From the NCBI RefSeq assembly GCF_006345805.1, contig NC_042998.1, forward strand, positions 77,252,001-77,316,000: a stretch of 64,000 bases of DNA, in the 5' to 3' direction. How positions within the stretch are numbered: the first letter of the stretch is position 1; each line of letters begins with the position of its first letter. The DNA is from Octopus sinensis (Eukaryota). Shown here piece after piece: positions 24,906 through 38,653 of this stretch. The notes under the pieces are model-generated. The model was not told the origin of the DNA. It ran no database searches and worked only from the letters and a program-made list of their open reading frames with translations. Position numbers and translations under genes: made by a program.

Positions 24906-25191
24906 TGGATTTTACCTGTCCCCTTTCATAAATTTAGATTTTTATTCGTATACATAGCAACCCCAGTTGCTAACGGTGAACTTTAAATTTACGTTTTTCA
25001 GCGTATCGAACTTCGATATGTGAAACATTTACAACCTTCTACGCTAATAAACCACTACTATTCCTAAAAGTTATTTCTTATACATTCTACAGACTGCTTA
25101 AAGCTTACTAATTTCCTACACTGGGATCCTTAGTTCTTTCCTTTACACACACACGCACACACACACACACACACGCACACACACACACACA

Positions 25192-25250
<59 letters not shown>

Positions 25251-25588
25251 ACACAGAGAATAATTCTGACGAGAGCAGTGTTAATTCTCTAGGTCGTTCA
25301 ATCTTCTCATTCAATCAATGGGTGCTGATAGTGTAAACGAATCTATAATGAATACCGGAAACAGCTGTAAGTCAAATTTACTGCAATAAAGAAATATGTG
25401 CTGTCCATTATTTATGCTTTGTCTTGCATGTATATATGTATTTATGTGTATTCATGTATGTATACACACTGACACACACGCTCACATACACAAACACACA
25501 CGCACACATACACAAATACACACGCACCCTCTCTCTCTCTCTCTCTCTGACACACACATATATGTATGTATGTATATACATATATATA

Positions 25589-25656
<68 letters not shown>

Positions 25657-26438
25657 CAGCAGACTACATATTTGCTGAATTTCACTACGGCCACTGAAAG
25701 CAGAAACACATCATTATACCTGTGTCTGGTTTTCTACAGATTCTGTCAGCCAACCCTCTCCACATGTTTTCATAATGACAATATTCATTTCTTAATTACA
25801 TTCTGAAAAATAGGATAATATATTAAATTACCTCCGGTACTTGTGTGGATCATACTTTATATGAATGAAACAGAAATTGAAAACATAATTGAACAACATA
25901 CATTTCGTTAAAAAAAGCAGACGAGACTGCGATCCGCTGTTCTGTCTCGTCATACAAATTATTTATAATTTAGTTGGTACAACACTACATGTTTTAAGAA
26001 ATGATACAGCAGATTGCATTTATCACACTGCTTGTAGCATTTAGTTTTATCATATCTCATTACTTAAGCAAAGCCTTGTTTGTTATTAAATGACCTCGAG
26101 CTACTTATGTATACATTTGAATACAAGTGAATGTATGTACAAAAGCTAGACTATGAGTATACATATAGTGATGGAATAATAAAGGGTTAGCATTATTGGA
26201 AAATAAAATATATTCAGCAGAATTTAAGGTAGTGACATTGTTATAGACGATAACACTTTCGGAAGTGACAACATCCAAGCCCGTAATGATGATGACGATT
26301 ATGATGACAACGACGACTACTGCAACAACGACAACGACGACGACTACTAGAACAACGACAATGATGATGGCGATGACGATGATGATAAAGCCGCCGACAA
26401 TGGCTATGCGGATGATGATAATGTAGGTGATTAATATT

Positions 26439-26643
26439 GGCAAGCAGAATCGTTAGAACATCGAGACATATGCTTAGCGGCATTTCGTCCGTCTTCACGT
26501 TTCTGAGTTAAATTCCTCAGAGATTGAATTTCTCTTTCATCATTTCAGGGTCGATAAATTAAGCATTCGTTAATCACTGGGATCGGTGTAATCGACTTAG
26601 TATCTTCCCTAAAATTGCTGGCTTTGTGTTAAAATTTGGAATC
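26439..26643 (+). mobile_element. SINE family B
   Basis: Same head and body as 15521-15731, followed by (ATC)/(ATT)n. Confidence 0.8.
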
Positions 26644-26668
26644 GTTATCATCATCATTACCATCATTA

Positions 26669-26747
<79 letters not shown>

Positions 26748-26867
26748 CATCATCATTATTATTATTATCATGTGATAAAAACTCACAGCTCATTTCGCTG
26801 GGTATGAGGGAAAGTGCCAGCTGTCTACAGCCAGCATACCAAGGTGACACTCGTTTATTGGTCATGC

Positions 26868-26900
<33 letters not shown>
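26644..26900. repeat. (ATT)n/(ATC)n arrays
   Basis: Seen directly. Confidence 0.9.
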
Positions 26901-26902
<2 letters not shown>

Positions 26903-26919
26903 ATTATATTTTAAATGAT

Positions 26920-28915
26920 TTGACGTAACTATTCATAAGGTTAACAGACGATACGAGGAACGCGATGCGATTGTCATAGATATTTTATGGGTTTGAACGA
27001 TATTTAGACAGCTTGCCTATCTTTGTCGAGTTCAACATGAAAAGTGATAAACAGAAATTCAAAATTATATGAACGCCAAATTTGCATCGGATATGAATGT
27101 TGCACAGCCAAAATTTCGGAGTGGCTGGACAGCCTCCTAGCCCCTGTAGCAAAAAGATCAAGTTCCTATATTCGGGATACTTTTGATTTTATGTCTAAAG
27201 GCAACAACTTTTCTAAGCACTGGAGCAATGTCAAAAATTGATTTTTGGTTTCTTTCATATATCCTAATATTAACCATGATGAAGGATGGCAGCATGCATG
27301 AACGCTTCGAAAAACGGTCAAACAAAAGTATTCCATCTAATTTTCTCTGTATATGATTGAGTTTTGTATTATAAAGTAACACAATGAAGTTCGGACAAAA
27401 CTTTTACCGCCAGAGAAGGGATTGCGCCATGGGTACCCTCATTGGCATTTAATTTCGCAAATGTCTTCATGAAGAAATTCGAAATACAGTTACTGAAGTC
27501 ATTCAACTCCCTACGTGGTCATGATCCAATACTCAGGTTACGGTTTATTGATGACGTCTTGCTGTCGGGGAAGGATCACAGGATAGTTTAATTAACTTCT
27601 GGAATTTCTTTGGCTGTTATGCTAAAAACTATGGCTTTACGTCCAATATAAAATTTACGTCTAGATTTTCAAAAGCTAGTTTTGAGTTTTCGGACACAAA
27701 AGTTAAGCTTTCTGGTGGAAGAATAATGACATAGTTATTTTGCAAGCCCACGACCTCTCATATTTATCTCCACCGGCGCTCCGATCATCCACATCATATA
27801 ATTTGGTCAAATCCGAAATCCCGATTTTTGAGGATGAAACGGATTTGTACTGATACAGAGTACTGCTGGAAACATGCAAAATGCTTTTGTATACCATAAT
27901 ATCAAACGTGGTTACGATTAAAAAAATTGCAAATAAAGTAGCTAAGATTAGGAAGGAAAGTCAAACTTCTACGCTTAATTTTAGCAAACAAAGTAAAATA
28001 TACGACATAATTCTTTTAGTGATTAACTGGCACCGAAATTTCGCTGGCATTTCAAAAGTTTGGCATGAAATTTACCAACATGTTGTGGAAAAATATTCTA
28101 GTTTGAAACAAATATTTCCTCACTCGCCTATTGTAGCTTTTACACGGAATAAAAATATAATAGAACTTTTAACCTCTACTTCTGGCTCCAAGAAAACTAA
28201 CATAGGAGTTTCTGACCGCTGTACCATGAAAAACAGCCGCAAGAGGGGGTAAGTCCTGTTCGTTGTACAGCATCATGAGTAAAGTCGACACCATCAGGAA
28301 TCCTAACAGAAATGTCCTGATTTGTACGGAAGGTGGGACGTGTGGAGATTCCAATTTGGAGAATTGTAGAATGTACAAAACCGGATTTATGTTGGTTGTA
28401 TAACAGAACAATTAAACAAAAGAGTCAATGAGCATATGTATGATGTCAGGTACAATAGCAGTAGTTCCACAGAACTTGCCGAATATTTTACATCAAACGA
28501 CTGCAATTTTGAAAAAGACTTGAAAGTGCATATTCTCAAAACAATATTCTAAATCTACTACACTTTCAGTTCTCAAATTGCATGAAGATAAATATGTTTG
28601 TGAGTTATTAACATCACGCCCTGAAGGAATGAATAAAATGACAGGGAATTTCGTCATATTTACTAAAAAAATTGTTTGACTAAACATTCTTCTTCTGTTT
28701 CTTTTTCTTCTCTTTCTCTTTTTTCTTGTTTTTTTTTTGTCTTTTTCCCTTTGCCAGTTGTAAAATTGATAATTGAAGACTGATGATGTCATTCTATCAA
28801 CGTGGGAAGGCAGAATTTTTTATGCGTCCATATAAGTTTGAATTTCTGTGTAATACTTTTCATTTTGAACTCGACAGAGCCAGGCAAGCTGTCGAAATAT
28901 CGTTCAAACTAATAA
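26920..28915 (+). mobile_element. Penelope-like element relic (RT + GIY-YIG + terminal repeat region)
   Basis: AKISEWLDSLLAPVAKRSSSYIRDTFDF; FYRQ..AMG; FANVFM; RFIDDV (RT catalytic motif); PIVAFTRNKNI.ELL; YVG..EQLNKRVNEH; multiple stops; HHR remnants near the 3' end. Confidence 0.85.
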
Positions 28916-28929
28916 AATACCTATTGCAA

Positions 28930-29100
28930 TCGCGTTGCGCTTCGTCCTTTCTTACGATCTGAGTTCAAGTTCCGCCGAGTTCTAATTCGCCTTTCATCCT
29001 TTCGGGGTCATGAAATAAGTACCAGTTAAACACTGGAGTCTATGTAATCGACTAGCCACCCCAACCAAATTTCAGGCCTTGTACCTATAGTAGAAAGAAT
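28930..29100 (+). mobile_element. SINE family B, 5'-eroded
   Basis: GAGTTCAAGTTCCGCCGAG..GCCTTTCATCCTTTCGGGGTC body and (ATT)n tail. Confidence 0.75.
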
Positions 29101-30028
29101 TATTATTATTATGAAGATGATGATGATGATCACGACAACAACAATGATGATGATGATGATGATGATAATGATGATAGAGATAATGGTGATCATCATGACA
29201 CAACAAACGACTACGATGACGATAGGGACGATGATGGTGAGGAGGAATGCTGATAATACTGAGAAGGTTGAGTGGATTAAGCGATGCATTTTTATGTGTG
29301 TGTTGTTGCCGTTTTTGTATTAGCTGCTGCATTTGATTGCGCAGGTCTAAAACTATGTATTCACTTGGTAATATCCTATTTCTTCTACGAAATTGCGTTC
29401 GATCTCTTGATAAGAAGGGAATTTTCAAAGCAAAATAAAATAAAAGTTCCCAAATAATTAAAAACAAATTCAAATGTATTTATTCTAACAACTTCTATTT
29501 CTTATTCCCGTTTACCAGTTATATCCACTCATCTCCACGCCATTCTCCGGTCGTGGCTTTTGAAGCTCAGAGAAAATCACATATATCTTTTTTAAACGCA
29601 GTCAATATGTTTTATTCAGTATTGCAATGTTAAAGAATATCACGCTCTAATGATTTGGTTAAGAGAATTTTTTTTTAAACTCTTGGTTACAGAACTACAA
29701 TCACGACGTATCTAATTAGAATTAGTAATCGATATTAGCAAAGGCTTGCAATTTTGGAATATCAATAACGTATCTTGGGGATCTTCTCACATTTGAATAA
29801 ACGAATTTGTGAAACTTCATGCATTTCAAATATGGGCAAATGATGAAAGTAGTAACAAGAAAGAGACGGGTTCAACGCTCTCGATATTCCATTTTAAAAA
29901 TTAGGTAGATAAATATGATTTCGTTTTTATATTCTCAAGGTTATACACTTGCACATCACACATATACTGTTGCTCACACGTACAAATAAATAAATACATA
30001 TACATAATACACATAAAAATAAACGCAC

Positions 30029-30042
<14 letters not shown>

Positions 30043-30124
<82 letters not shown>
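30043..30124. repeat. (TATC)n microsatellite
   Basis: Seen directly; the array begins slightly earlier, at about 30032. Confidence 0.9.
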
Positions 30125-30574
30125 CCTCTACCTCTCTATATATATACATGTACATATGCATACACACAAACAGGAACACACACAGACGCACAAACGTGCA
30201 CAAAAACACACGCACGCACACACACAAACTCTCTCTCTCACACACTCTCATGTTTATCGTATCCACGTGTCGTAAGTTTAATAGGAATTTTTAATATAAT
30301 TCTGATCTTCATATTGACAACCGGTTATAATTTTGACGTGGGAAAAGGGATTTGCGCAAATGAACACTTTACTGAACTGGTAGGTTAGACTATTTAAGGA
30401 TCTGATTTTTGTGCGTCTTCTGTGCGGATCCATAATTTCCGGCGTTTCTGGTACTTAAATCTCAGACATGATGTGAAAAGTGAATATACTTATCTGACGA
30501 AGACAGTTTCTTACATGATGTAATAATTCTATTCAATATTATTATTATTGTTATTATTATTATTATTTTTTTTT

Positions 30575-31915
30575 CTTCTTTCAAATTTGCTTCCATTTCA
30601 TGCCGAGTGTCTTCCCGACTCCTAGGGCAAAGAAACTCATAGTATACATTGGTAGGCCATTAAACCAAACTCAGTAGTTCGTTCATTTTTTTTTTTTTTT
30701 TTAAGTTAAATTAAAATACATGAGCAGCAACAGTTCTCACATCAACAATGCTCTACTCAATACGTGTGATGTACCAGTTAAGACAATCGTTTGCACTTCT
30801 TGCAGGGATGGTAAGCCAGGGATCATTCTCATATAATTTTCGGTTCCCTTCTTGATCATTCCTAGTGCTCCTACGATCACTGGTATTGTAACCGCCTTGA
30901 GATGCCACATTTTCTCAATTTCAATGAGTAGGTCTTTATATTTTCTGAGCTTGTCAAACTCTTTCACTGAGATATTATGATCACAGGGGATGCTCATGTC
31001 GATCAATAAGCAAACGTTATTGTTTTGGTCTTTCACAACAATATCTGGTTTATTGGCCTTGATGGTTCGGTCTGTATGTACTGGAAAGTCCCACAGAATG
31101 GTTACATTTTCTCCTTCAGTTACAGCCTCAGGGTGGTGATTATACCACTTGTCGGCAGTTTTGATATTGTAATGCCGACTTATTAGCCAGTGGAGATATT
31201 GGCCAACTCTGTCATGTCTTAATTTATACTCCACTGGTGCTAAGACTTTACATCCAGAGATTAGGTGGTCCACTGTTTCAATCATGTCGTTGCAGAATCG
31301 GCATTTTGGGTCTGCTCCATTTTTCATCACATTGGCCTGGTAGTTCCGGGTTAATAGGCTTTGATCTTGAGCAGCCAGGATGAAACCTTCGCTCTCTGCT
31401 TTTAGCCCTGAGCTCCGTAGCCACTGATGGGTTTGCTTCTGGTCAACATCAGCTTGTTTCCTGCGGGTCACATATTTGCCGTGCAGAGGTTTCTCCTCCC
31501 ACCTATCAGCCAATTGCTCGTGCGCTTTTTTCATTGCCATAATTTTCACCTTCTTTGCAACAATAGTTGCCGTACTTCCCTCGGGTTGTTCAGTTTGGGT
31601 ATCCTGCACGAGATCAATAGCAAATTTTTTGCTTTCCTTTATGATAGAATGAAGCTTCTTTCGTCTCTCGTGATTTTCCACGAGCTTTAGCATCCAGTCA
31701 TTCGATATTTCGAGATATTTGGCCAGTCCAATTGTGGTTGTTTTGTAAGCTAGTTCAAATTGGATCAGGCCTCGACCTCCTTGGGCTCTGGGAAGGTAAA
31801 GGCGATCTACGTCTGCCTTTGGGTGGGGCATCCTATTACAACTCAGCAGCTTGCGTATTTTTCTATCTATATTCTTTACTTCACTCATATTCCAGTTCAA
31901 CACATTGTAGCTATA
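30575..31915 (-). mobile_element. 5'-truncated R4/Dong-like RLE LINE flanked by (TAA)n on both sides
   Basis: Uninterrupted ~390 aa: HPKADVDRLYLPRAQGGRGL, CRFC..ETVDHLISGC (CCHC), RHD, PDIVV..LIDMSIP..KE.DKL.KY (PD-(D/E)xK), VIPVIVGALG. Confidence 0.92.
30737..31915 (-). pseudogene. R4-like ORF C-terminal part (RT thumb, zinc knuckle, restriction-like endonuclease); RT catalytic core absent
   Basis: Supplied ORF 30737-32089; residues upstream of about 31915 derive from the (AAT)n flank. Confidence 0.85.
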
Positions 31916-31944
31916 ATTATAATTATTATTATTATTATTGTAGC

Positions 31945-32013
<69 letters not shown>
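31916..32013. repeat. (ATT)n microsatellite
   Basis: Seen directly. Confidence 0.95.
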
Positions 32014-32014
<1 letters not shown>

Positions 32015-32586
32015 AAACATTTCTGAATCAGCTTCAGTAAGTGAACAATATCCATCAGTTGTTATTTGTCTTTTTCTACTAGTGTACATATATAGGTCTT
32101 GACTTTATTGTTCTGGAGTTCAACAAATTCAACATATCATCTTTGACTCATTTATTTATATGGAACTTATATCCTAACACAAAGTTATTTCAGAAGAACG
32201 TAACTCAAACTACAGCTCTGTGGGATCGAACAAAGCAACATGTGCGAGTAAAACACAGAACCAGATGAGTTGCTCACATATCCTTGCCTTTGCTTTTATC
32301 TCATAGTGTTTGTTGTTTTGTTGTTCTACTGATCTATGAAAAGACGTAGGTGAGGTCGCATTAGAATATCTTGGATACTAGTTCTGCTGGGTAACAGAAC
32401 AACAATAATCGTGGTGATTTATTTTACTCATTTGTTGCCACCTTTTCGTTACCATATTTTAAGCACAAGTCATTTTCTGCACACTACAGGCGGCTTCGGT
32501 GATGTACCATTATTTTATCGTCAATATCCAAATAAAAGTTCTGAGCATCATACAGACAATCAATTGTTGGTTTGTTTTATTGTCTA

Positions 32587-32866
32587 CTAGCAGTATCGCC
32601 CGGCGTTGCGGTTTGTTTAGACCCTTTAGAATTGGAATTTTTGAAAAGTAAAACTTTGGCCGTAAGTAGCTTGTTATTCTCTTTAAGTGAAATACACCGA
32701 AAAATGACGACACAGCAGTCAAAACATCGTAAAAAATAGGGATTTTCATAGAAAAAAGGCACCTTTTTGATGTAAATAATTTTGGTGTTAACATGGTCCG
32801 ATTTGAATTTTTTCTTCTACGGAAGGAAGAGTTAGCCTTCTTCTATCATATTCTCATATATATATA

Positions 32867-32939
<73 letters not shown>

Positions 32940-33027
32940 CTATATATATATAATATATATATATATACATACTACATACATACAACATACATACATACAT
33001 ACATACATACATATGATGATATATATA

Positions 33028-33078
<51 letters not shown>

Positions 33079-33488
33079 TACGAAAAAAACCCTCCAGGCT
33101 ACATCCCGAAAATTCATTTCTTTGCCGAATTTCTACAATGTTTACGGCGATTCGTTTTTATATCTTGATTTTTTATTTTTCATGCAATTTACGCATGCTT
33201 GCACGCGTGGTGAACACAGTTCACGTCAAACAGCTGACTGAGTAAAGTTTACTATTTAATGCATGGGATGAGGCCTAAACAAACTCATTATCGATTTTTG
33301 CACTTGCGAGATGAATTTCGGAACATAAATAGCGCAATTCAATTTTCATTCGCCTAAACTTCAAGTGACCCAATTTTGGTGGTTCTACGATTTGTTAGCT
33401 AGGAGGAAATGTGCCGGGAAGTTAAACACACAGACACACACACAGATACACACACAGACACACAAGTTGAGTTTTATATATATATAGA
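32587..33488 (-). mobile_element. Non-autonomous Helitron with internal (TA)n
   Basis: 3' end GCAACGCCGGGCGATACTGCTAG|T on the minus strand matches the end of 23412-23794; 5' TCTATATATATAAAA start. Confidence 0.75.
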
Positions 33489-33616
33489 AATCAACTAATG
33501 CAATTAAAGTAACTGAATTTTTTTTAATGTATACTGATTTTTCTTTCAGATTGCTTTTACGCGCGTGTATGTGTGTGAGCGTGTGTGTGTATACACACAC
33601 ACATACACACAGACAC

Positions 33617-33650
<34 letters not shown>

Positions 33651-33871
33651 GTGTGTGTATGAGTGTGAGTGTATATATATATATATATATATCCTTCATT
33701 TTCGGTTGCAAGACTCTTGATGTTATTTCGTGTGTCGAAGCAAATTTTGTTGTGTCTTGTGAGAGTCATTACGCTAATGATAATAAAAAATGCACAGGTT
33801 CAATTGCACTTCTTTATTGTCAGACACTTGGTTAAATGTCTAACCAACTAACTAATCAATTATTTGTTTAA

Positions 33872-34070
33872 CTCATTAGTATTCAGATTACTCTGTCAAA
33901 TCTAATGTTTCATGCTGTTGTGAATTAATCAATCAGTATTTCATAGCTTTGATATTTTAAGGACGTGATTGTTTATTTTTAAGATGACATTGTAAAATGG
34001 GTGTGGCAAGTTTAAACACATAACCAATAGGTTATTTCGGCCAGATATGGTCAGTGTAAATGCTAAAGGG
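33872..34070. mobile_element. piggyBac-type MITE
   Basis: TTAA|CTCATTAGTATT ... AATGCTAAAGGG|TTAA. Confidence 0.7.
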
Positions 34071-34394
34071 TTAATGTGTTGGTTAAGCAATCAATTGGTT
34101 GTTTGTTTGTTTGTTGGTCAAAGATATTTCGTATTAAAAGAAACACACACATATATTCGTATAAAAGGCATGATAGCAACTTTGAAATTTCAACCTCTTT
34201 ATAATGTTGGCAAATGAAATAGAGATAAGAACGTGCATTGTCCGTTTGATTGGAAAATGTCTATAAGTGGCTGAAGATTGCTTGACATATTAAAACTGAT
34301 GTAATACTTACAGTGTTTAATAAAATGAAGTAGCATGAAACGATTGTACCACATTACCTCAGATATACTTGTTGCTTATTTTGATATATATCTA

Positions 34395-34580
34395 TATTCA
34401 CCATGATAGATTGCTAGCCACTACACATTCTTTATTTTCTCTCCTTGTTTCTTTCTGTGGAAAAGCGTGGGCTCGAAACGTTAAAGACTTTTTTACTTCT
34501 TGAGCATTATACTAATACATTTATTTGTTGTCTACACCACCTGTCTTCGTTCTTTGTATTTTTTGTGAATTCTCCCTATA
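34395..34580 (+). mobile_element. Short dispersed repeat with variant hammerhead-like motif
   Basis: Homolog of 18341-18530; motif at 34450-34487 reads tcttt-CTGTGGA-A-AAGC-gtgg-GCTC-GAAA-CG-TT-aaaga. Confidence 0.65.
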
Positions 34581-34582
34581 TA

Positions 34583-34642
<60 letters not shown>

Positions 34643-34658
34643 TTTATTCTATAGAAGG

Positions 34659-34709
34659 AGCTTCTACAGGACTAGAACTGTTTCATTCAAGAGAAATCTT
34701 CAGGAAGCT
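34659..34709 (-). ncRNA. Type I hammerhead ribozyme (inverted-arm copy)
   Basis: Exact reverse complement of 39712-39762. Confidence 0.75.
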
Positions 34710-36153
34710 AGTTAACAAGAATTGTATTGGCATTTATACATTTAGGCAGGTTTAAAGGGGTGTTCGTGGGGGACTTTTTTGGGGGTAGGCATAGCGCAAA
34801 ATATCATACTTGGGGGAGTGGTCAGGAGTCAGTGTTAAATTAGATAGAAGAATAAATAAAAAAATAAAAAAATAAAAAAATAAAAAAATAAAAAAAAATC
34901 TATATATAAAAAAAGGGGAATAGAGTTTTAGGTAAATAAGGAGATTCTCACTTATACCTATGCACACATGATACATACATACACACACATACAAACATAT
35001 ATACATATACATACACACATACATACACACACATATATATCATATATATACACTTACACATACACATACATATACATATCTACACATACACATATATGTA
35101 TACATACACACACTCACATGCATACACGTATACACACATGTACATATACACACACGACCACACATACATATACGCACAGAAAAATATATATACACATACA
35201 CACACATACTCACATACACGCATACACACACATATCCACACACACACATGCACACACAGCACACTAGTCCCTATATACACATATATACACATACACACAC
35301 ATATACACACACATACATACATATACATACATGTATATATATACATATGTGTACCTATGCATACCTACACATACACACATATATATACACATACAAATAC
35401 AGACCATTCCCTAATTTTAATTTTATTATCTTCGTTTATTACTTTTGTTATGTTTGGCCGCTGGTCACAAACATCTTGGCTATGACAGCCAGTCCATTTA
35501 TCTGTCTACTGGAAAACAAGCACTCATTCACTCACGCACACTCTTAGCACGTACACTCACTCATTGGTACACTCATACACATACACGCACGCACGCGTTA
35601 TATTCATACATACATACATCTACATACATTCACGTATATACACATACGTACGCGTACCTACAGATTCATGTCTACACTCTTAGAAGGCTAGTCTATATAT
35701 ATACACCAATAAATATAAATACACACACATACATATACACCTACATACAAATACATACATGTATATATATATATATATATATTCACATATATATACACAT
35801 ATATATATATACATATATACACACACATACGCATACACACACATATACATATATATACACTACACGCACATACACATGTACATGCGTACCCATACACACA
35901 CACATACACGCGCGCATCCATATATACACATAAGTACACACATGCGTAAAAGTATACATATACTATGCTTACACATACACACACACACACGCGCTCCTTA
36001 TATTCATACTACATGCATACTCAAAAAATAAGTAAATAGTAAAATATATATACGCGTAGTTATTCGTACATGCATACTCAAAAAATAAATAATAAATATT
36101 AAGTATATGTACGTGCAGTTACCTATTATATAGACGGATACATACATAAACTT

Positions 36154-36202
<49 letters not shown>

Positions 36203-36334
36203 CATATATACACATACACATATACATACATATATATATATACACATACACATACACATACATATATACATATATATACATACTTACATACATGTACATA
36301 TAAATACACACATAGATAACTCTACGCACACACA

Positions 36335-36619
36335 CACTCGTTCCGGCGACAGGATAAATCCAACCAAACTACCCTCGCCGCCCACATCTGGTACCTTAAA
36401 AGGAACTCCATCCCCTTCAAGACCAAGTGGAAATTACTACAGAAGGCGCGCTCGTACACAGGAGGCCATAGCTGCTGTGACCTCTGCATATCGGAGAGCC
36501 TAGAGATCTTGTTCGCCAAAGGCCCTCTCCTTAACAAAATCTCAGAACACTCCCCAAATTGTATGCATAAGAAGTATGCGAACTACAAGAACTATAGACC
36601 TACCCGGCAACCAGATTGA
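36335..36619 (+). pseudogene. C-terminal GIY-YIG-region fragment of a Neptune-type PLE ORF
   Basis: Stop-free translation [81 protein letters not shown]...; matches the T.L..HIW.LK / W.I / C.LC..E..I / LLNK.SE..C.H pattern. It has no Met, so it is absent from the ORF track. Confidence 0.85.
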
Positions 36620-36804
36620 TGACACCCCACCCACAACCCCCCCCAAACCCACCGTTCCCCTAGCACCCCCGATCACCTTTTCTCCTAAGACCTTTCACAT
36701 ATTGTATGTGCACGCTTGTATATGTGTATCGTATATATGTATAGAAATGTATGGGTATAGTAGGAATATACGCATGTATTATGTGTGTGTGTGCGTGTAT
36801 GTAT

Positions 36805-36840
<36 letters not shown>

Positions 36841-37254
36841 GCGTGTGTGTGTGGTGTGTGTATATATATGTATAGATGTATGTATGTATATATGTATATA
36901 TGTGTGTATGCATATGTATGTGTATATGTATGTGTGTATGTATGTGTGCTGTATAAAATATTATATAATTTGCCGCATACTGAACTTTCTAGAAATAGGA
37001 GCCAAAAAAGTTTTTTAGCCTCTTCCACTACTTAGAGAATATTTTCCCTCAGACATTGTTTACTCATAAAATAATGGTCCTTTTACATACTGAATACTTG
37101 GTGAAATTGATTAATAACTAATTAACTTTACCTCAATTGTTGATATATGTATGTGTGTGTATATATATGTGGTGTGTATGTGTATATTACATGTATGTAT
37201 ATGTGTATGTATGTATGTATGTATATATATATATATATGTATGTGTGTGGTGTG

Positions 37255-37297
<43 letters not shown>

Positions 37298-37564
37298 TAT
37301 ATGTATGTGTGTATATGTGTATTATGTATGTGTATGTTTATATATATGTATGTATATGTATATGTATATGTATGTGTGTGTGTATATGTATATATGTGTT
37401 ATATATGAGTGTACGCGAGTATGTCGATGTATATGTAGGTATGTAGAGTTATGTGTATGTGCAGGTATGGAGTGAGTGTAGATACAAATTGTAGATGTGT
37501 ATATATATTATGTGTGTTATATACATGTATATAGGATTGTATATGGGTGTGTGTATATGTGTAA

Positions 37565-37595
<31 letters not shown>

Positions 37596-37684
37596 GCGAG
37601 TATGTAGAGATATAAGTATGTGCATGTGTATATGTATATGTGTGTATATATATGTATGGGTATGTGTATGTGTATGTATGTATG

Positions 37685-37717
<33 letters not shown>

Positions 37718-38216
37718 GTATGCATATACGTATGTATGTATATGTGTATGTATATATGTGTGTAAGTGTGTGTATATATGTAAATGTAAGTGTGTCTGCT
37801 TGTATGAGAATGTATGTATGTTTGCACACATGTATATATATGTGTGTGTATGTGTATATGTATATGTATATGTGTATATATATATGTATATATATATATA
37901 TATATGTATGTATATGTGTATGTATATATGTGTAATGTGTGTGTTGTATAATGTGTGTATGTGTATGTATGTATGTATATATATGCGTGTGTATGTGTAT
38001 GTGTATATGTACATATACGCGTACGCTTGTGTGTTTATGTATATGTAGGTACGTAGAGTTATCTATGTGTGTATTTATATGTACATGTGTGTAAGTATGT
38101 ATATATATGTATATATGTATGGTATGTTGTGTGTGTGTAATATATTGTATGTATATGTGTATGTGTATGGTATGTGTATATACGTATGTTATATATTATA
38201 TATATATATATATATA

Positions 38217-38259
<43 letters not shown>

Positions 38260-38614
38260 AAGTTTATATGTATGTATCCGTCTATATAAAGGTAACTGCA
38301 CGTACATATACTTAATATTTATTATATATTTTTTGAGTATGCATGTACGAATAACTGCGCGTATATATATTTTACTATTACTTATTTTTTGAGTATGCAT
38401 GTAAGTATGAATATAAGGAGGCGCGCGTGTGTGTGTGTATGTGTAAGCATAGATTATGTATACTTTTACGCATGTGTGTACTTATGTGTATATATGGATG
38501 CGCGCGTGGGTGTGTGTGTGTGTATGGGTACGCATGTACATGTGTATGTGCGTGTAGTGTATATATATGTATATGGTGTGTATGCGTATGTGTGTGTATA
38601 TATGTATATATATG

Positions 38615-38653
<39 letters not shown>

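Noticed and set aside
25920-25951. GACGAGAC/GTCTCGTC hairpin
   Set aside because: Only 8 bp, with no ribozyme core or other context.
31916-32089. Poly-Asn N-terminus of the 450-aa ORF as a genuine host protein domain
   Set aside because: It derives from the (AAT)n flank; homology to the LINE stops at about 31915.
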